From positions 115,331-179,330 of the forward strand of contig JANNVQ010000005.1 in assembly GCA_031414535.1 (NCBI GenBank): a DNA stretch of 64,000 nucleotides. Reading direction: 5' to 3'. The stretch is from Gemmatimonas sp. (GTDB taxonomy: Bacteria; Gemmatimonadota; Gemmatimonadetes; Gemmatimonadales; Gemmatimonadaceae). The notes below the pieces were generated by a model that worked only from the letters and a program-made list of their open reading frames with translations, was not told the DNA's origin and ran no database searches. Both the position numbers and the translations under genes were made by a program. Shown piece after piece: positions 39,901 to 49,700 of this stretch. Numbering within the stretch: the first letter of the stretch is position 1; each line of letters opens with the position of its first letter.

Positions 39901-40091
39901 CCCTTCGGCAAGTGGAGGCCTGGCGCCAAATTCCCGTAGTCGTCGTGACGGCCAAGGATCTCACGCGCGAGGAGCGCGAGCGACTCAACGGCCACGTGAG
40001 CGAAGTGCTCACCAAGGGTGAGTACTCACAGCTTGACCTCGTGCGCGATATTCGTCTACTGATGCGCCGTCGTGGCGCTGCGTCAACCTGA
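36987..40091 (+). CDS. Cytoplasmic hybrid sensor histidine kinase: Lys/Ala-rich tail, GAF-GAF-PAS-HisKA-HATPase-REC-REC
   Basis: GAGAGG before GTG 36987; '[10 protein letters not shown]', '[10 protein letters not shown]', 'DSGIGM', 'GGTGLGL'; two receiver domains; no TM segment. Confidence 0.92.
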   Translation: MATKKRGTKRSTKRSTKPAVNTAKRRVKKPVAKKVAKKIAKKVAKKVAKKLAKKATKKATKRVAKTPISKAAKPRLRIDDATARRQSALLRLSSAIAAATSEQEICQNVVNGLRDEALGYNFLGVFLIEPVTGDRVLVASVGWTTAPKGFRLEKGHGITERAVLEKRLHYTAEVRGESAYEPTLNSGSEVDVPLVIDHEVIGVLAVESTEPNAFDASDFEILTAAANQASIAIARARLLVAQQQRADEHEAVLASMADLLTQRELPQTLKATLQRAVSLLGVTGGELAIYDSKTQELVVAASHHVGMETTGIRLKLGEGAMGLSAQSREPLIIPDYHAWIGKSGKYSDVPVRSVVAAPLLIDNRLVGAIAIVDANENRNFGADDLRLLNLFTPQAAIAIEGARLYEEAARQREFFRSLLNNSPVAIVQLDPDYNVASCNPAFELLFGYSEAEARGRNLDELITDNSTLGEAAQYSRDAVDRAVKGIGRRRRKDGSTVEVEILGVPVIADESRVALMGMYHDISELSEARRDAEGANRAKSQFLANMSHELRTPLNAIIGYSEMLQEEAQDAGLDSFVSDLAKIHTAGKHLLALINDVLDLSKIEAGKMDLVLETFDVASMLSEVTTTISPMVAKNHNMLNVMRDADLGIMHADLVKVRQMLLNLLSNACKFTENGKITVEVHRSAEQITFAVRDSGIGMTPEQMGRLFESFSQAESSTSRRYGGTGLGLALTRRFGEMMGGTVTVESQPGAGSTFTMRLPTRIEPARRVTTTLRAADIPELQGDGSAGTVLIIDDDEDARRLLRTVLVADGFHILEATDGPSGLAAAMEHSPDAITLDILMPGMDGWEVLQRIRANDTLADIPVIMLSVLHEQQMAFALGATEYVTKPIDRSQLKRILRRHRDDGSGATVLVVEDDPSVRETFRRGLEREGWVVVEAENGHVALEKMATVTPALILLDLIMPVMDGAAFVSALRQVEAWRQIPVVVVTAKDLTREERERLNGHVSEVLTKGEYSQLDLVRDIRLLMRRRGAAST
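37006..37181 (+). repeat. 12-bp-period coding repeats (TKRS x2, AKKV-like x7-8)
   Basis: GTACCAAACGCA/GTACCAAACGTA and a GCGAAGAAGGTC-like tandem array. Confidence 0.85.
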
Positions 40092-40099
40092 GCCTAACA

Positions 40100-40471
40100 A
40101 TGCCCCGCATCCTGCTCGTTGAAGACAATGAAATGAACCGCGACATGCTCTCGCGCCGACTCGTGCGCCGCGGGCATGTCGTGGAGATCGCAGTGGACGG
40201 CCTCGAGGGCGTGAGTCGCGCCAACGAAGGCGGATGGGATCTCATCCTCATGGACATGAGTCTCCCCGAGATTGACGGCTGGGAGGCCACACGCCGCATT
40301 CGCGCGGCCGAAACGAATCAGAAGGTGCCGATCATCGCGCTCACCGCACACGCCATGTCCGGCGATCGCGATAAAGCTCTCGAAGCTGGCTGCGACGACT
40401 ACGATACCAAGCCCGTAGACCTCGAGCGTCTGCTCGCCAAGATGGCCGCCCTGCTCGGCCCCAGCGCGTGA
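40100..40471 (+). CDS. Single-domain response regulator (DivK-like)
   Basis: 'ILLVEDN', 'ILMDMSLP', 'ALTAHAM', 'TKPV'. Confidence 0.92.
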   Translation: MPRILLVEDNEMNRDMLSRRLVRRGHVVEIAVDGLEGVSRANEGGWDLILMDMSLPEIDGWEATRRIRAAETNQKVPIIALTAHAMSGDRDKALEAGCDDYDTKPVDLERLLAKMAALLGPSA

Positions 40472-42417
40472 GCACTCCGCTCGACTCCGCAACGACCGCT
40501 GAACTGCGTCACGAGCTCCGCACGCCAGTCAATCACATCCTCGGCTATGCAGAACTGCTCGCCGAGGATGTCGAGCACGACACACCAGCGGCCGCTGAGC
40601 TCAGCGCAATCCGAGACGCCGCGCGCGAAGTGCTTGCCGCAATCAATGCAGCGCTTCCGCCGTCTGGCGCCTCTGATGATGAAGCATTGCTCGGCCTTCT
40701 CGCCACACTGCGCAGGCCGCAGAGCCGGATTCTCGCGCATACGGATTCGCTGGGCGCCAAGAGCAGCGATGCGCAGTTCATCTCGGATGTTGCGAAGATT
40801 GCCCAGGCGGCTCGCCACCTCTGCGATCCGCCTACAGCCGCCGGTCACAAGAATAGAGTCACCGCGGAGATGCCGAGCGTCACTACAGAGCAGCCCTCCG
40901 TTCGCAGCCCAACACCGCTTGCCGGCGTTGCGGAGGTGCCAGGAACGCTCGGCCGCATTCTTGTGGTGGATGACGTAGAGGAAAACCGGAACGTGCTCTC
41001 TCGCCGCCTTGCTCGCGAAGGCTATGCCGTGGCGCAAGCTGGGGGTGGTCACGAGGCGCTGGCGCGAGTCGCCGAAGGTGCATTCGATCTCGTGCTGCTC
41101 GACGTGCGGATGCCCGATCTCGATGGCTTCACGGTGCTCCAACGTCTCAAAAGTGATCCCGCGACGCGTAATCTTCCGGTGATCATGATCTCCGCGCTCG
41201 ACGATTTAGCATCCGTGGTGCGGTGCATCGAGTACGGCGCCGAGGACTACCTCGCAAAGCCGTTTGACCAAGTGCTACTGCGGGCACGCATCAGCGCCTC
41301 GCTGGAGAAGAAGCGCTCCCACGATCGGGCGGCTGATTACCTGCGCCAAGTCACCCGCGTGATTGACGCGGCGGCGGCTGTGGAAAGTGGCAGCTACACT
41401 CCTGGTGAACTTGGGCCCATCAGCGCGCGCGACGATGAGCTCGGCCGATTGGCTCGTGTCTTTGACTCGATGGCAGCCGGTGTGAAGGCGCGCGAGGCCA
41501 AGCTGCAAGACCAGCTCGTCCAGCTCCGCGCCGATGTGAGCATCGCCACCAGCGAGCACAAGACGATGCTGGCCGCTTCGGACGCGGACACCGACTCGCT
41601 CAAGCCCGGCAGCCTGCTGGCCGCCCGCTACGAGATTCGGAGCGTCATCGGCCGCGGCGGCATGGGCGTGGTGTACCGCGCGCACGACCTCGAGCTCAGC
41701 GAAGACGTGGCCATCAAGACCATTCGCCGCGACCTGCTCTCGTCAGATCCCGTCCTCGCCGAGCAGCTCAAGACGGAGATCCGGCTCGCACGGCGCATTT
41801 CGCATCGCCACGTGGTGCGCACGCACGACATCGGCGAGTCGGATGGCATCTCCTTCGTCACCATGGAGTGCGTCACCGGCATCACCCTGCGCGAACTACT
41901 CGAGACGCGCGGCACGCTCGGCAGTTCCAGCACGCTGGCCATCGCGCGGCAGTTCGCCGATGCCCTGAGCGTAGCGCATCAGGCCGGCGTGATTCACCGT
42001 GACGTGAAGCCGGAGAACGCCCTACTCGACAGCGAGGGCGTGCTCAAGGTGATGGACTTCGGCATTGCGCGCATCGCCGCAGCGTCCACGCGTACCCAGA
42101 GCGGAATGATTGTCGGTACGCCGACGTACATGGCACCGGAGCAGCTCATTGACGAAGCCGTGGACGCACGGGCGGATTTGTATTCGCTCGGCGTGGTGCT
42201 CTACGAATGCCTCACCGGTGCACCGCCCTTTGAGAGCAACAACATGGTGGCCCTCATCGCGAAGGTGCTCTCGACGGCGCCGGTGCCCATCGCCACGCGC
42301 GCTCCTGAGGTGGCGCCCGCACTCGGCGCGCTCGTGATGCGCCTCCTGGCCAAAGCACCCGATCAGCGTCCGACGAGCGCCGGCGAACTCGTGGAGCTGC
42401 TCGCCGAGTTGGGGTGA
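40468..42417 (+). CDS. DHp(HisKA)-REC-HAMP-like-Ser/Thr protein kinase fusion
   Basis: 'HELRTPVNHILGY' with no HATPase domain; REC 'VVDD..LLDVRMP..KPF'; 'DELGRLARVFDSM'; Hanks motifs GRGGMG, VAIK, HRDVKPEN, DFG, APE. Confidence 0.88.
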   Translation: MSTPLDSATTAELRHELRTPVNHILGYAELLAEDVEHDTPAAAELSAIRDAAREVLAAINAALPPSGASDDEALLGLLATLRRPQSRILAHTDSLGAKSSDAQFISDVAKIAQAARHLCDPPTAAGHKNRVTAEMPSVTTEQPSVRSPTPLAGVAEVPGTLGRILVVDDVEENRNVLSRRLAREGYAVAQAGGGHEALARVAEGAFDLVLLDVRMPDLDGFTVLQRLKSDPATRNLPVIMISALDDLASVVRCIEYGAEDYLAKPFDQVLLRARISASLEKKRSHDRAADYLRQVTRVIDAAAAVESGSYTPGELGPISARDDELGRLARVFDSMAAGVKAREAKLQDQLVQLRADVSIATSEHKTMLAASDADTDSLKPGSLLAARYEIRSVIGRGGMGVVYRAHDLELSEDVAIKTIRRDLLSSDPVLAEQLKTEIRLARRISHRHVVRTHDIGESDGISFVTMECVTGITLRELLETRGTLGSSSTLAIARQFADALSVAHQAGVIHRDVKPENALLDSEGVLKVMDFGIARIAAASTRTQSGMIVGTPTYMAPEQLIDEAVDARADLYSLGVVLYECLTGAPPFESNNMVALIAKVLSTAPVPIATRAPEVAPALGALVMRLLAKAPDQRPTSAGELVELLAELG

Positions 42418-43007
42418 TGGCGATTCAACTCGCCCCCGTTACGCTCGAGCGTGGCCGCGTGCGCCTAGAGCCGCTGCTCACATCACACGCCGACGCGCTC
42501 CGCGAGGCCGTGCGCGACGGCGAGCTATGGAAGCTCTGGTTCACTACCGTGCCAGAGCCATCGGAAGTGGATGCCTACATTGCCAAGGCCCACAGAGGCG
42601 AAGCCGATGGCACGATGCTTTGCTGGGCCGTGCGCGACTTGGACAGCGATACGGTCATGGGCTGCACGCGCTACCACGACGTGGTCGCGACGATTGGTCG
42701 CGTGGAGATTGGCTACACCTGGTACGCGGCACGCTTCCAACGCACGCACGTCAACAGCACGTGCAAGTTGCTCCTGATGCAGCACGCGTTTGAAACACTC
42801 GGCTGCGGCGTCGTCGGATGGCGTACCGATATGTTCAACACGCGCTCACAGGCCGCCATCGAACGCCTCGGCGCCAAGCGCGACGGCGTGCTCCGCCATC
42901 ATCAGGCGCGCCGGGATGGATCAGCGCGCGACAGCGTGTTTTATAGCCTGCTCGCGGCGGAGTGGCCGGTCGCTAAAGCGCACCTCGAGCGGCGACTGGA
43001 CGGATGA
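42417..43007 (+). CDS. GNAT family N-acetyltransferase (RimJ/RimL-like)
   Basis: 'VEIGYTWY', 'NTRSQAAIERLGAKRDGVLR'; start overlaps the kinase stop. Confidence 0.88.
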   Translation: MAIQLAPVTLERGRVRLEPLLTSHADALREAVRDGELWKLWFTTVPEPSEVDAYIAKAHRGEADGTMLCWAVRDLDSDTVMGCTRYHDVVATIGRVEIGYTWYAARFQRTHVNSTCKLLLMQHAFETLGCGVVGWRTDMFNTRSQAAIERLGAKRDGVLRHHQARRDGSARDSVFYSLLAAEWPVAKAHLERRLDG

Positions 43008-43058
43008 CGGAAGACGGATGACAGAAGCGCAGTTCGCATCCGTCATCCGTCTTCCGTC
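42999..43058. repeat. GACGGAW heptamer palindromic element, probable terminator between convergent genes
   Basis: GACGGAT GACGGAA GACGGAT GACAGAA - loop - ATCCGTC ATCCGTC TTCCGTC. Confidence 0.8.
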
Positions 43059-44252
43059 CTATTTGCGCCCCACCGCGCCTCGAGTATCATCTCCCCAGCA
43101 ATACAGCCGCTGCGTCGGCGTGATCGCGCAGGCGTGCCCGCCGCCCACGGAGATTGTCGTGAACGGTCCGCCATCCACGAGTTGCGGCGTTCCCTCGCCA
43201 AAATCGCTGCGGCTGCCGATGCCAAGTCCGCCGTACCAGTTGCCGCCCCAGCAGTAGGCGCTGCCGTTGGCAATCAAGGCACACACCGCGACTTCACCGG
43301 CCGAGATCTGCGTTGCCACGAGGCCCCCCGCGACCGCAGATAGGGTGCCGCGATGCGACATCGTCGAGCCATCGCCGAGTTGGCCAGCGGAGTTGGAGCC
43401 CGCGCAGTGTACTTGCCCGTCTGTACGCAGCGCGCAGGTGAAGCTGCCGCCGACAACGATGTCGCTGTACGGCCCTGCTCCGATCGCCGCCGTCGGCGTC
43501 GTAACCGTCACGCCAAAGTTGTTGAACGGCACGTCACCGCTCGCGAGCTGGCCCCAACGATTGTCGCCCCAACAGTAGAGTGCGCCGGTGGTGGCAATGC
43601 CGCAGCGATGCGACCAGTGATAGTCGAGATGCGAAAACCGCAGTGTGCCACCAATCGCCACGGGCGCGGGACGGTTGGTGTTACTGCCGTCTCCGAGATA
43701 CCCCGAGAGATTCTCGCCCCAGCACCACGCCTGACCACTCGCCGTGAGCGCACAACCACCACCAAATACGGAACTGATGGATGTGAACACGGAATCCGCT
43801 GTGACGCGCACCGGCGCGGCGCTGCGAGCGAGCGTCCCGTTGCCGAGGTAGGTCGTACCGTCCGTTCCGTATCCACCACCCCAGCACCACACGGCACCCG
43901 CCGCCGTGAGTCCGCAACTCATGTTGCCGCCTGCCGCGATCTGCACAAACTGATGCCCGCCCGACACCGCCGTCGGGGTGCGCACACAGCGGTCACCACC
44001 CGCACAGGCCGCATCCACGGTGCTGCCCGTCTGCAGGTACTGGTTGCCGCCCCAGCAGTACGCGGCTCCAGCCGTAGTCAGCGCACAGGTGTGGCTGAAC
44101 CCCGCCTCGACATCGCTCCAGGTGCGGTTCCCCACCACCTCCACCGGCGAGAGCGCCGAGTTCTTGAGGATGAGGGAGTCGGGGTCCTCAAAGAGGCTTG
44201 AGCAGCCCATCAGGAGCAGGGGCAGCAGGAGAAGGCAGCGGCGGTAGCTCAT
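43059..44252 (-). CDS. RCC1-repeat lipoprotein
   Basis: Lipobox 'LMGC'; repeated 'G..HTCALT..G.AYCWG.N..GQLG' blades. Confidence 0.9.
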   Translation of the reverse strand: MSYRRCLLLLPLLLMGCSSLFEDPDSLILKNSALSPVEVVGNRTWSDVEAGFSHTCALTTAGAAYCWGGNQYLQTGSTVDAACAGGDRCVRTPTAVSGGHQFVQIAAGGNMSCGLTAAGAVWCWGGGYGTDGTTYLGNGTLARSAAPVRVTADSVFTSISSVFGGGCALTASGQAWCWGENLSGYLGDGSNTNRPAPVAIGGTLRFSHLDYHWSHRCGIATTGALYCWGDNRWGQLASGDVPFNNFGVTVTTPTAAIGAGPYSDIVVGGSFTCALRTDGQVHCAGSNSAGQLGDGSTMSHRGTLSAVAGGLVATQISAGEVAVCALIANGSAYCWGGNWYGGLGIGSRSDFGEGTPQLVDGGPFTTISVGGGHACAITPTQRLYCWGDDTRGAVGRK

Positions 44253-44322
44253 ACCATAAGAAGGTGAGTGGGTAGGTCAGGGACAATCGCCCTCTGGACG
44301 GAGGCCTAGGGCGCGCGCCTCT

Positions 44323-44342
44323 CCCGTCTTCCGTCATCCGTC
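44323..44342. repeat. Half copy of the GACGGAW heptamer element
   Basis: CCCGTC TTCCGTC ATCCGTC; a possible partner arm GGACGGAG lies at 44296. Confidence 0.65.
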
Positions 44343-44353
44343 CCCCTTGCAGA

Positions 44354-44407
44354 ATTCGGTGTTTATTCGGTAATTATATCTCCCTGTACTTCGGCTTTTG
44401 TTCGGTA
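44354..44407 (+). promoter_or_regulatory. Two tandem TTCGG-N6-TTCGGTA direct-repeat sites, candidate SOS/LexA-type operators
   Basis: ATTCGGTGTTTATTCGGTA (44354-44372) and CTTCGGCTTTTGTTCGGTA (44389-44407) in AT-rich DNA just upstream of imuA. Confidence 0.6.
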
Positions 44408-44414
44408 TCTAAAT

Positions 44415-45254
44415 ATGCCCGCCGCTCTCCAAGTCCTGCGCGAACAGCTCGCCGCCGTTGTGGCGGGGACACCTAGTGCTAACCCAGGGCTCCCGACCGG
44501 AATGCGGGGGCTGGATTCCGCCCTCCCGGGAGGCGGGCTCCCCCGCGGACGCATCACCGAACTGCTCGCCCCGGCTGGGCTTGGGAAAACCACCCTCGCC
44601 CGCGCCATCGCCAGTACCACCCTCCAGGCCGGCCACGCCGTGGCTTGGGTAGATGCCACCCGCACGCTCGACCCGCGCGATTGGGTGCAGGTGGACGCTA
44701 CTGGCCGCGATTCACTCTGGGTGGTCCGGCCGGCGGATCCCGCCAAGGCCGCCTGGTGCGCCGATCTCATCCTGCGCACGGGAGCCTTTGCCCTCGTGGT
44801 GCTCGATGGCGCGCCGGTGCTACCGCGCAATATCGCCGTGCGCCTCTCGCAACTCGCCCGCGATGCCGACGCCGCGCTCCTTCTACTCGGCGATGGCAAC
44901 AAAGCCTCGGAAATTGGCGGCGCGCTCAGACTCGTGCTCAAACGACGACCTGGGCGCGATACCCGAGGTGGACCGCAGATCGCTGCACTGATCGAGAAGG
45001 GCGGGCCCCATCAACACATTCCCCTGCATCTAGAGGTGGGCCATGCCCCCAACACCCACGCCACCACCAACACAGGTAACACAGGCAACACAGGCAACGT
45101 CGCGAGTCGCCTGTGTGCGCATCCCGAGGTTCCCGATCGGCGCGGCGTGGCTCGGGCACGATCGGGGGCCACGCGCATCGGCAGCGTCCGCGGGAAGCGC
45201 GCCGCACAACCTCAGTATCCCAAGCAGTCTCCCAAACAGTCCCCCAAACGCTGA
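44415..45254 (+). CDS. imuA: ImuA-like RecA-fold protein
   Basis: 'LPTG...LDSALPGGGLPRGRITEL', Walker A 'APAGLGKT', 'LVVLD'; first gene of the cassette. Confidence 0.78.
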   Translation: MPAALQVLREQLAAVVAGTPSANPGLPTGMRGLDSALPGGGLPRGRITELLAPAGLGKTTLARAIASTTLQAGHAVAWVDATRTLDPRDWVQVDATGRDSLWVVRPADPAKAAWCADLILRTGAFALVVLDGAPVLPRNIAVRLSQLARDADAALLLLGDGNKASEIGGALRLVLKRRPGRDTRGGPQIAALIEKGGPHQHIPLHLEVGHAPNTHATTNTGNTGNTGNVASRLCAHPEVPDRRGVARARSGATRIGSVRGKRAAQPQYPKQSPKQSPKR

Positions 45255-46740
45255 GCAGCACTGGGACACGTTTCCCATCGCACTCACAGAAGGCGCACGC
45301 ATCCGCGCGGTGAGCGCCGCGGCGGCCAGCAGCGGCGTCCGTACAGGAATGACCGTGGCACAGGGCAAGTCCAAGTGTGCCCTGCTCGAATTGCTCGCGT
45401 GGGATCACGCGGCTATCACGCGCGAAGTCGCACGCGCCAGCGCAGGGTTTCTCGCGGCGTCACCTCAGGTGAGTCCGCTTCGCGAGCATCCCGGCACTTG
45501 GTGGATTGGCGCCGATGGCTTCGATGCCATTGGTGGTGAGCGTGCCCTCGCAGCATCACTGCACGCATTGGCGCGCGTCTGGCATCCACGCGCCCGCGTG
45601 GCGATTGCCGATAGTTGCGTGACAGCGTTCGCCGCGACGTGGAGCACGCGTGCCGCGAGTGAGCCCCTGCACATCGCCGCACACGGAGACCGCGAATACC
45701 TCGCGCGCGTGCCCATTGCACTCATCCCCATGGAAGACGAACTGCGCGAGGCGCTCACGGCGCTTGGGCTACGCACAGCCGGCTCATTCTCGACACTTGA
45801 CCCATTAGAAGTGGAGCGACGTTGGGGAAGCGATGGGCTCACCGCGTGGCGACTCGCGCGCGGTGACGATCCACGCCGCGCCGCACTCGCCCACAGCGAT
45901 GATCCGCGCTCGGTGGTGCACGAGCTCGCGAGCGCCTCACCAACGATGGAGCCAGTGCTGTTTCTCGTGCGCGCTTCGCTGGACCGTCTCGTACGGACGC
46001 TCAGTGCCGATGGCTTGGCCGCTGCGGCGCTCACCATCACGCTCACGCTCGACGATGGCCGTCGCGTCACGCGCGAGTTGCGGCCCGCGCGGCCAATCGC
46101 GCGCGTGGTGCCGCTCTTTGAACGCTGCCGCGCGGCGCTCGACACCTGGACGCTCGAGGCTCCTGTGGTGGCGCTCGAGATGCGTATCTCGGAAGCCGTA
46201 CCCTCAGCCGCTGAGCAAGGCGATCTACTCGCACCCGCTTGGCGTGATCCATCAGCCGCGGAGGCGGCGCTTGCGCGATTGCGCGCAACACTCGGCGCAG
46301 GTGCCGTGGTGCGCCCCATCGCGCGCGACTCGCACGCACCGGAGCGGGCCGGTGGTTGGGCAGATGTCGAGCAAGCAGCGCGCGCCGTACCGCTCGATGC
46401 GTTGCAAGCGGCGAATGCTGCTGGCGAATCCTCCAACGGCATGCGTGGTGCCCACGGTGGCGCGGCGGTGAATCGTCCATTGCCGGCGGCACGTTTGCTC
46501 GAAGCTCCAGAGAACGTCGCCGTCATCACGGACCGCAGTGGCGTCCCGATGCAACTCTTTTGGCGTGGCCGCCGACTCACGCTGGGCAATGCCGATGGCC
46601 CCGAACGACTCTCCGGCGAGTGGTGGCAGGCCAGCCCCTTCGCCCGCGACTACTGGCGTTGCGAGTGCGATGAGCTCGGGCAGAGTCTCGTGCTCTACCG
46701 CGAGGCAGGCGGGTGGCGCCTGCAGGGATGGTACGACTGA
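45043..46740 (+). CDS. imuB: ImuB, Y-family polymerase-like accessory protein
   Basis: GAGGTG RBS; 'RVACVRIPRF', 'GVRTGMTVAQG', clamp motif 'QGDLL', C-terminal 'GPERLSGEWW..RDYW...W.LQGWYD'. Confidence 0.85.
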   Translation: MPPTPTPPPTQVTQATQATSRVACVRIPRFPIGAAWLGHDRGPRASAASAGSAPHNLSIPSSLPNSPPNAEQHWDTFPIALTEGARIRAVSAAAASSGVRTGMTVAQGKSKCALLELLAWDHAAITREVARASAGFLAASPQVSPLREHPGTWWIGADGFDAIGGERALAASLHALARVWHPRARVAIADSCVTAFAATWSTRAASEPLHIAAHGDREYLARVPIALIPMEDELREALTALGLRTAGSFSTLDPLEVERRWGSDGLTAWRLARGDDPRRAALAHSDDPRSVVHELASASPTMEPVLFLVRASLDRLVRTLSADGLAAAALTITLTLDDGRRVTRELRPARPIARVVPLFERCRAALDTWTLEAPVVALEMRISEAVPSAAEQGDLLAPAWRDPSAAEAALARLRATLGAGAVVRPIARDSHAPERAGGWADVEQAARAVPLDALQAANAAGESSNGMRGAHGGAAVNRPLPAARLLEAPENVAVITDRSGVPMQLFWRGRRLTLGNADGPERLSGEWWQASPFARDYWRCECDELGQSLVLYREAGGWRLQGWYD

Positions 46741-49700
46741 GCGCCTTCGCTGAGTTGCATTGTCACTCCACGTTCTCGCTACTCGATGGCGCGTCTGATC
46801 CAGAGCGTCTCGTGGAGCGGGCGCTGGCGCTTGGCCTGCATTCGCTCGCGCTCACCGATCACGACGATGTGGGCGGAGCCGTGCGATTCGCCACCGCCGC
46901 ACGTGAAGCGGGATTGCCCGGACTGCACGGCGCCGAACTCACGGTGGATGTGCCGTTGCCTAACGCGCTGGAACGCGGCGGACGTGCTGTGCCGGGCCGC
47001 GTCGTCGGTGAAGACGGCATCCCGCGCCTGCGCACACATCTCCTGTTGCTTTGCGAGACGCGTGAAGGCTGGGGCAATCTCTGCACGCTCATCACGCGCG
47101 CACGTTTGGATCACCCGCGTGGCGAACCACGTGTGACGCTCGACCAACTCGCCGCGCACACGGCCGGTCTCTTTGCGCTCACGGGCTGCCCGCGCGGATG
47201 GATTCCCCAGCTCCTCACGCTCGGCGCTGATGACCTCGCGCACCAAGCAGCCGGCCAACTCTACGATCTGTTTCCGCAGCGCTTGGCCGTGGAGTGCTGG
47301 AATCACGCGCTCCCCGAGGAGCGCGCACTGGTGGAGCAACTCATTCCTGTTGCAATGCGGCTCCGTGTCCCTTGGGTGGTCACCAACAACGTGCACTACG
47401 CACTCCCCCAGGGCCGGCTTGGTCACGACGTGCTCACCGCCCTGCGCCACGGCGCCACGCTCGACGAAATGGGCACGCGCCTGCGCCCGAACGGCGAGTG
47501 GCATCTCAAAGGCTACGCGCAACTCGCCAAGCGTTGGAGTGGCCGCGAGGAAGGTCTGCACAACAGCGTGATGATCGCCGAGCGCTGTGCGTTTCGGTTA
47601 GATCAACTGAAGCCAAAGCTGCCGCACTTTCCCTTGCCCGAAGGCGTAAGCGAGGACGAGTACCTCGCGCGCTTAGTGGAAGACGGCGCACAGGAACGCT
47701 GGGGTTGGCGGCGTACCGCGCGGCACGACAAGCAACTTGAGCATGAACTCAAACTCATCAGCAAACTCGGCCTTTCCGGCTACTTCCTGATTGTGTGGGA
47801 CATCGTGCGCTTCGCGCGTCGCGAGGGCATCCTCTGCCAAGGCCGCGGCTCGGCGGCCAACAGCGCCGTGTGCTACTGCCTCGGCATTACGGCGGTTGAT
47901 CCCGTGAAGCTCGAGTTGTTGTTTGAGCGTTTCTTGAGCGAAGAGCGCGCCGAAGCGCCGGACATTGACATTGATTTTGCGCACCGTGAGCGCGAGCGCG
48001 TGTTGCAGTACGTGTATCGGCAGTACGGGCGTGAACACGCAGCGATGGTCTGCGAGCATATCACTTGGCGTGGACGCAGCGCCGTACGCGATGCGGCGCG
48101 CGTGCTCGGCTTCTCACCCGAGCAGGCCGGATTGCTCGCCAGTTTCAGCGATCGCTTCAGTGCCAAGAGCACGGCGGCGGCGCTACGGACGAAGAGCGAG
48201 GAGCGAGGAGCGAAAGAGAAAAGCGAAGAGCGAGGAGGGAGGGAGGAAGGTCTGAAGGGAGGAGGGGGAAGAGAGGCAAGAGTGGATCCCTTCGCGCCCG
48301 AGCGGGCGGATGCGATGGGGCCGGCCAACTACAGCAAGCGGGCGCTCGCCGAGCGGCCTGCGACGCTGCTCGATGCGGTCTCCAGCGATCTCGTGGTGGG
48401 CACGCACGCGAGCACGCTCATCAAGCGCGCGCGCGAGGACCATCGCAAGCTCCGCACCGAAAGCTCAGAGGGAGGAGAGGCCACGAGGGCTCTCGAGGCG
48501 AAGCGGCCGCAGGACCGCGCAGCGGTCCGAGAGCTTCGCAGAGGGAGTCCTCGTGGCCGACCCGACCACGAGCGAGAGCAAGAGCCAAGCCTGCTCGAAC
48601 GCGCTGGACTCGATCCCACAGATCCAAGAGTGCAGAAGCTGGCAGACATCGTCGAGCAGCTCGATGCAGCGCCGCGTCACAGAGGCATTCACGTCGGCGG
48701 CTTCGTGCTCACAGACGAGCCGCTGTGCACTGTGGTGCCAATCGAGCCCGCGAGCATGGAAGAGCGCACCGTCATTCAGTGGGAGAAGGACGACCTCGAC
48801 CCCGTCGGTCTCGTGAAGATTGATCTTTTGGGACTCGGCATGCTGACCGTGGTACAAGACTGCCTCGCCTACGTGCGCCGCACCCGCGGCGTGAGCATTG
48901 ACTTGGGCCAACTCGATTGCGCCGACCAAGCCGTGTACGACGACCTCTGCCGCGCCGATACCGTGGGCGTGTTTCAAGTGGAAAGCCGCGCGCAGATGAA
49001 CACCCTGCCGCGTCTCAAGCCCCGCTGCTTCTACGATCTCGTTGTGGAGGTCGCACTCATCAGGCCTGGTCCCATCCAAGGCGCGATGGTGCATCCGTAT
49101 TTACGCCGCAAAGCGGGTCTCGAGGAAGTCACCTATCCGCATCCCTCACTCGAGCCCATCCTCAAGCGTACACTCGGCGTGCCGCTCTTTCAGGAGCAAG
49201 GCATGCAGGTGGCCATTGCCGCTGCCGGCTTCACACCTGGCGAAGCCGATCTCTTGCGCAAGGCGATGGGCCACAAGCGCAGTCGCGAGCGCATGGCCGA
49301 TATTTGCCAGAAGATGATTGACGGCATGCGCGCCAATGGCATCCCAGAAGAAACCGCGCAGCGGATCTACAATCAGATCAACGCCTTCGCCGACTACGGT
49401 TTCCCCGAAAGCCACGCCGCGAGCTTCGCGCTCATTGTGTACGCGAGTGCATATCTGCGGCATTACTACGCGCCCGAGTTCCTCTGCGCCATGCTCAACG
49501 CCCAACCGATGGGCTTCTATGCGCCCGGCACCTTGATTGAAGACGCCAAACGCCACGGCGTGAAGGTGCGCTCCGTAGACATCACGCGCTCACAGTGGAA
49601 CCACACGTTGGAGCCAGGTGATGGGCGCAACGCAGCGCCGGTGGTGAGGCTCGGGATTCGCTCGGTGCTGGGCCTAGGCTCCGTTGCGCAGCAGAAGATT

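Noticed and set aside
48190..48590. Intein in DnaE2
   Set aside because: No N-terminal Cys/Ser splicing block, no His-Asn followed by Cys/Ser/Thr, and no LAGLIDADG motif; the insert is low-complexity
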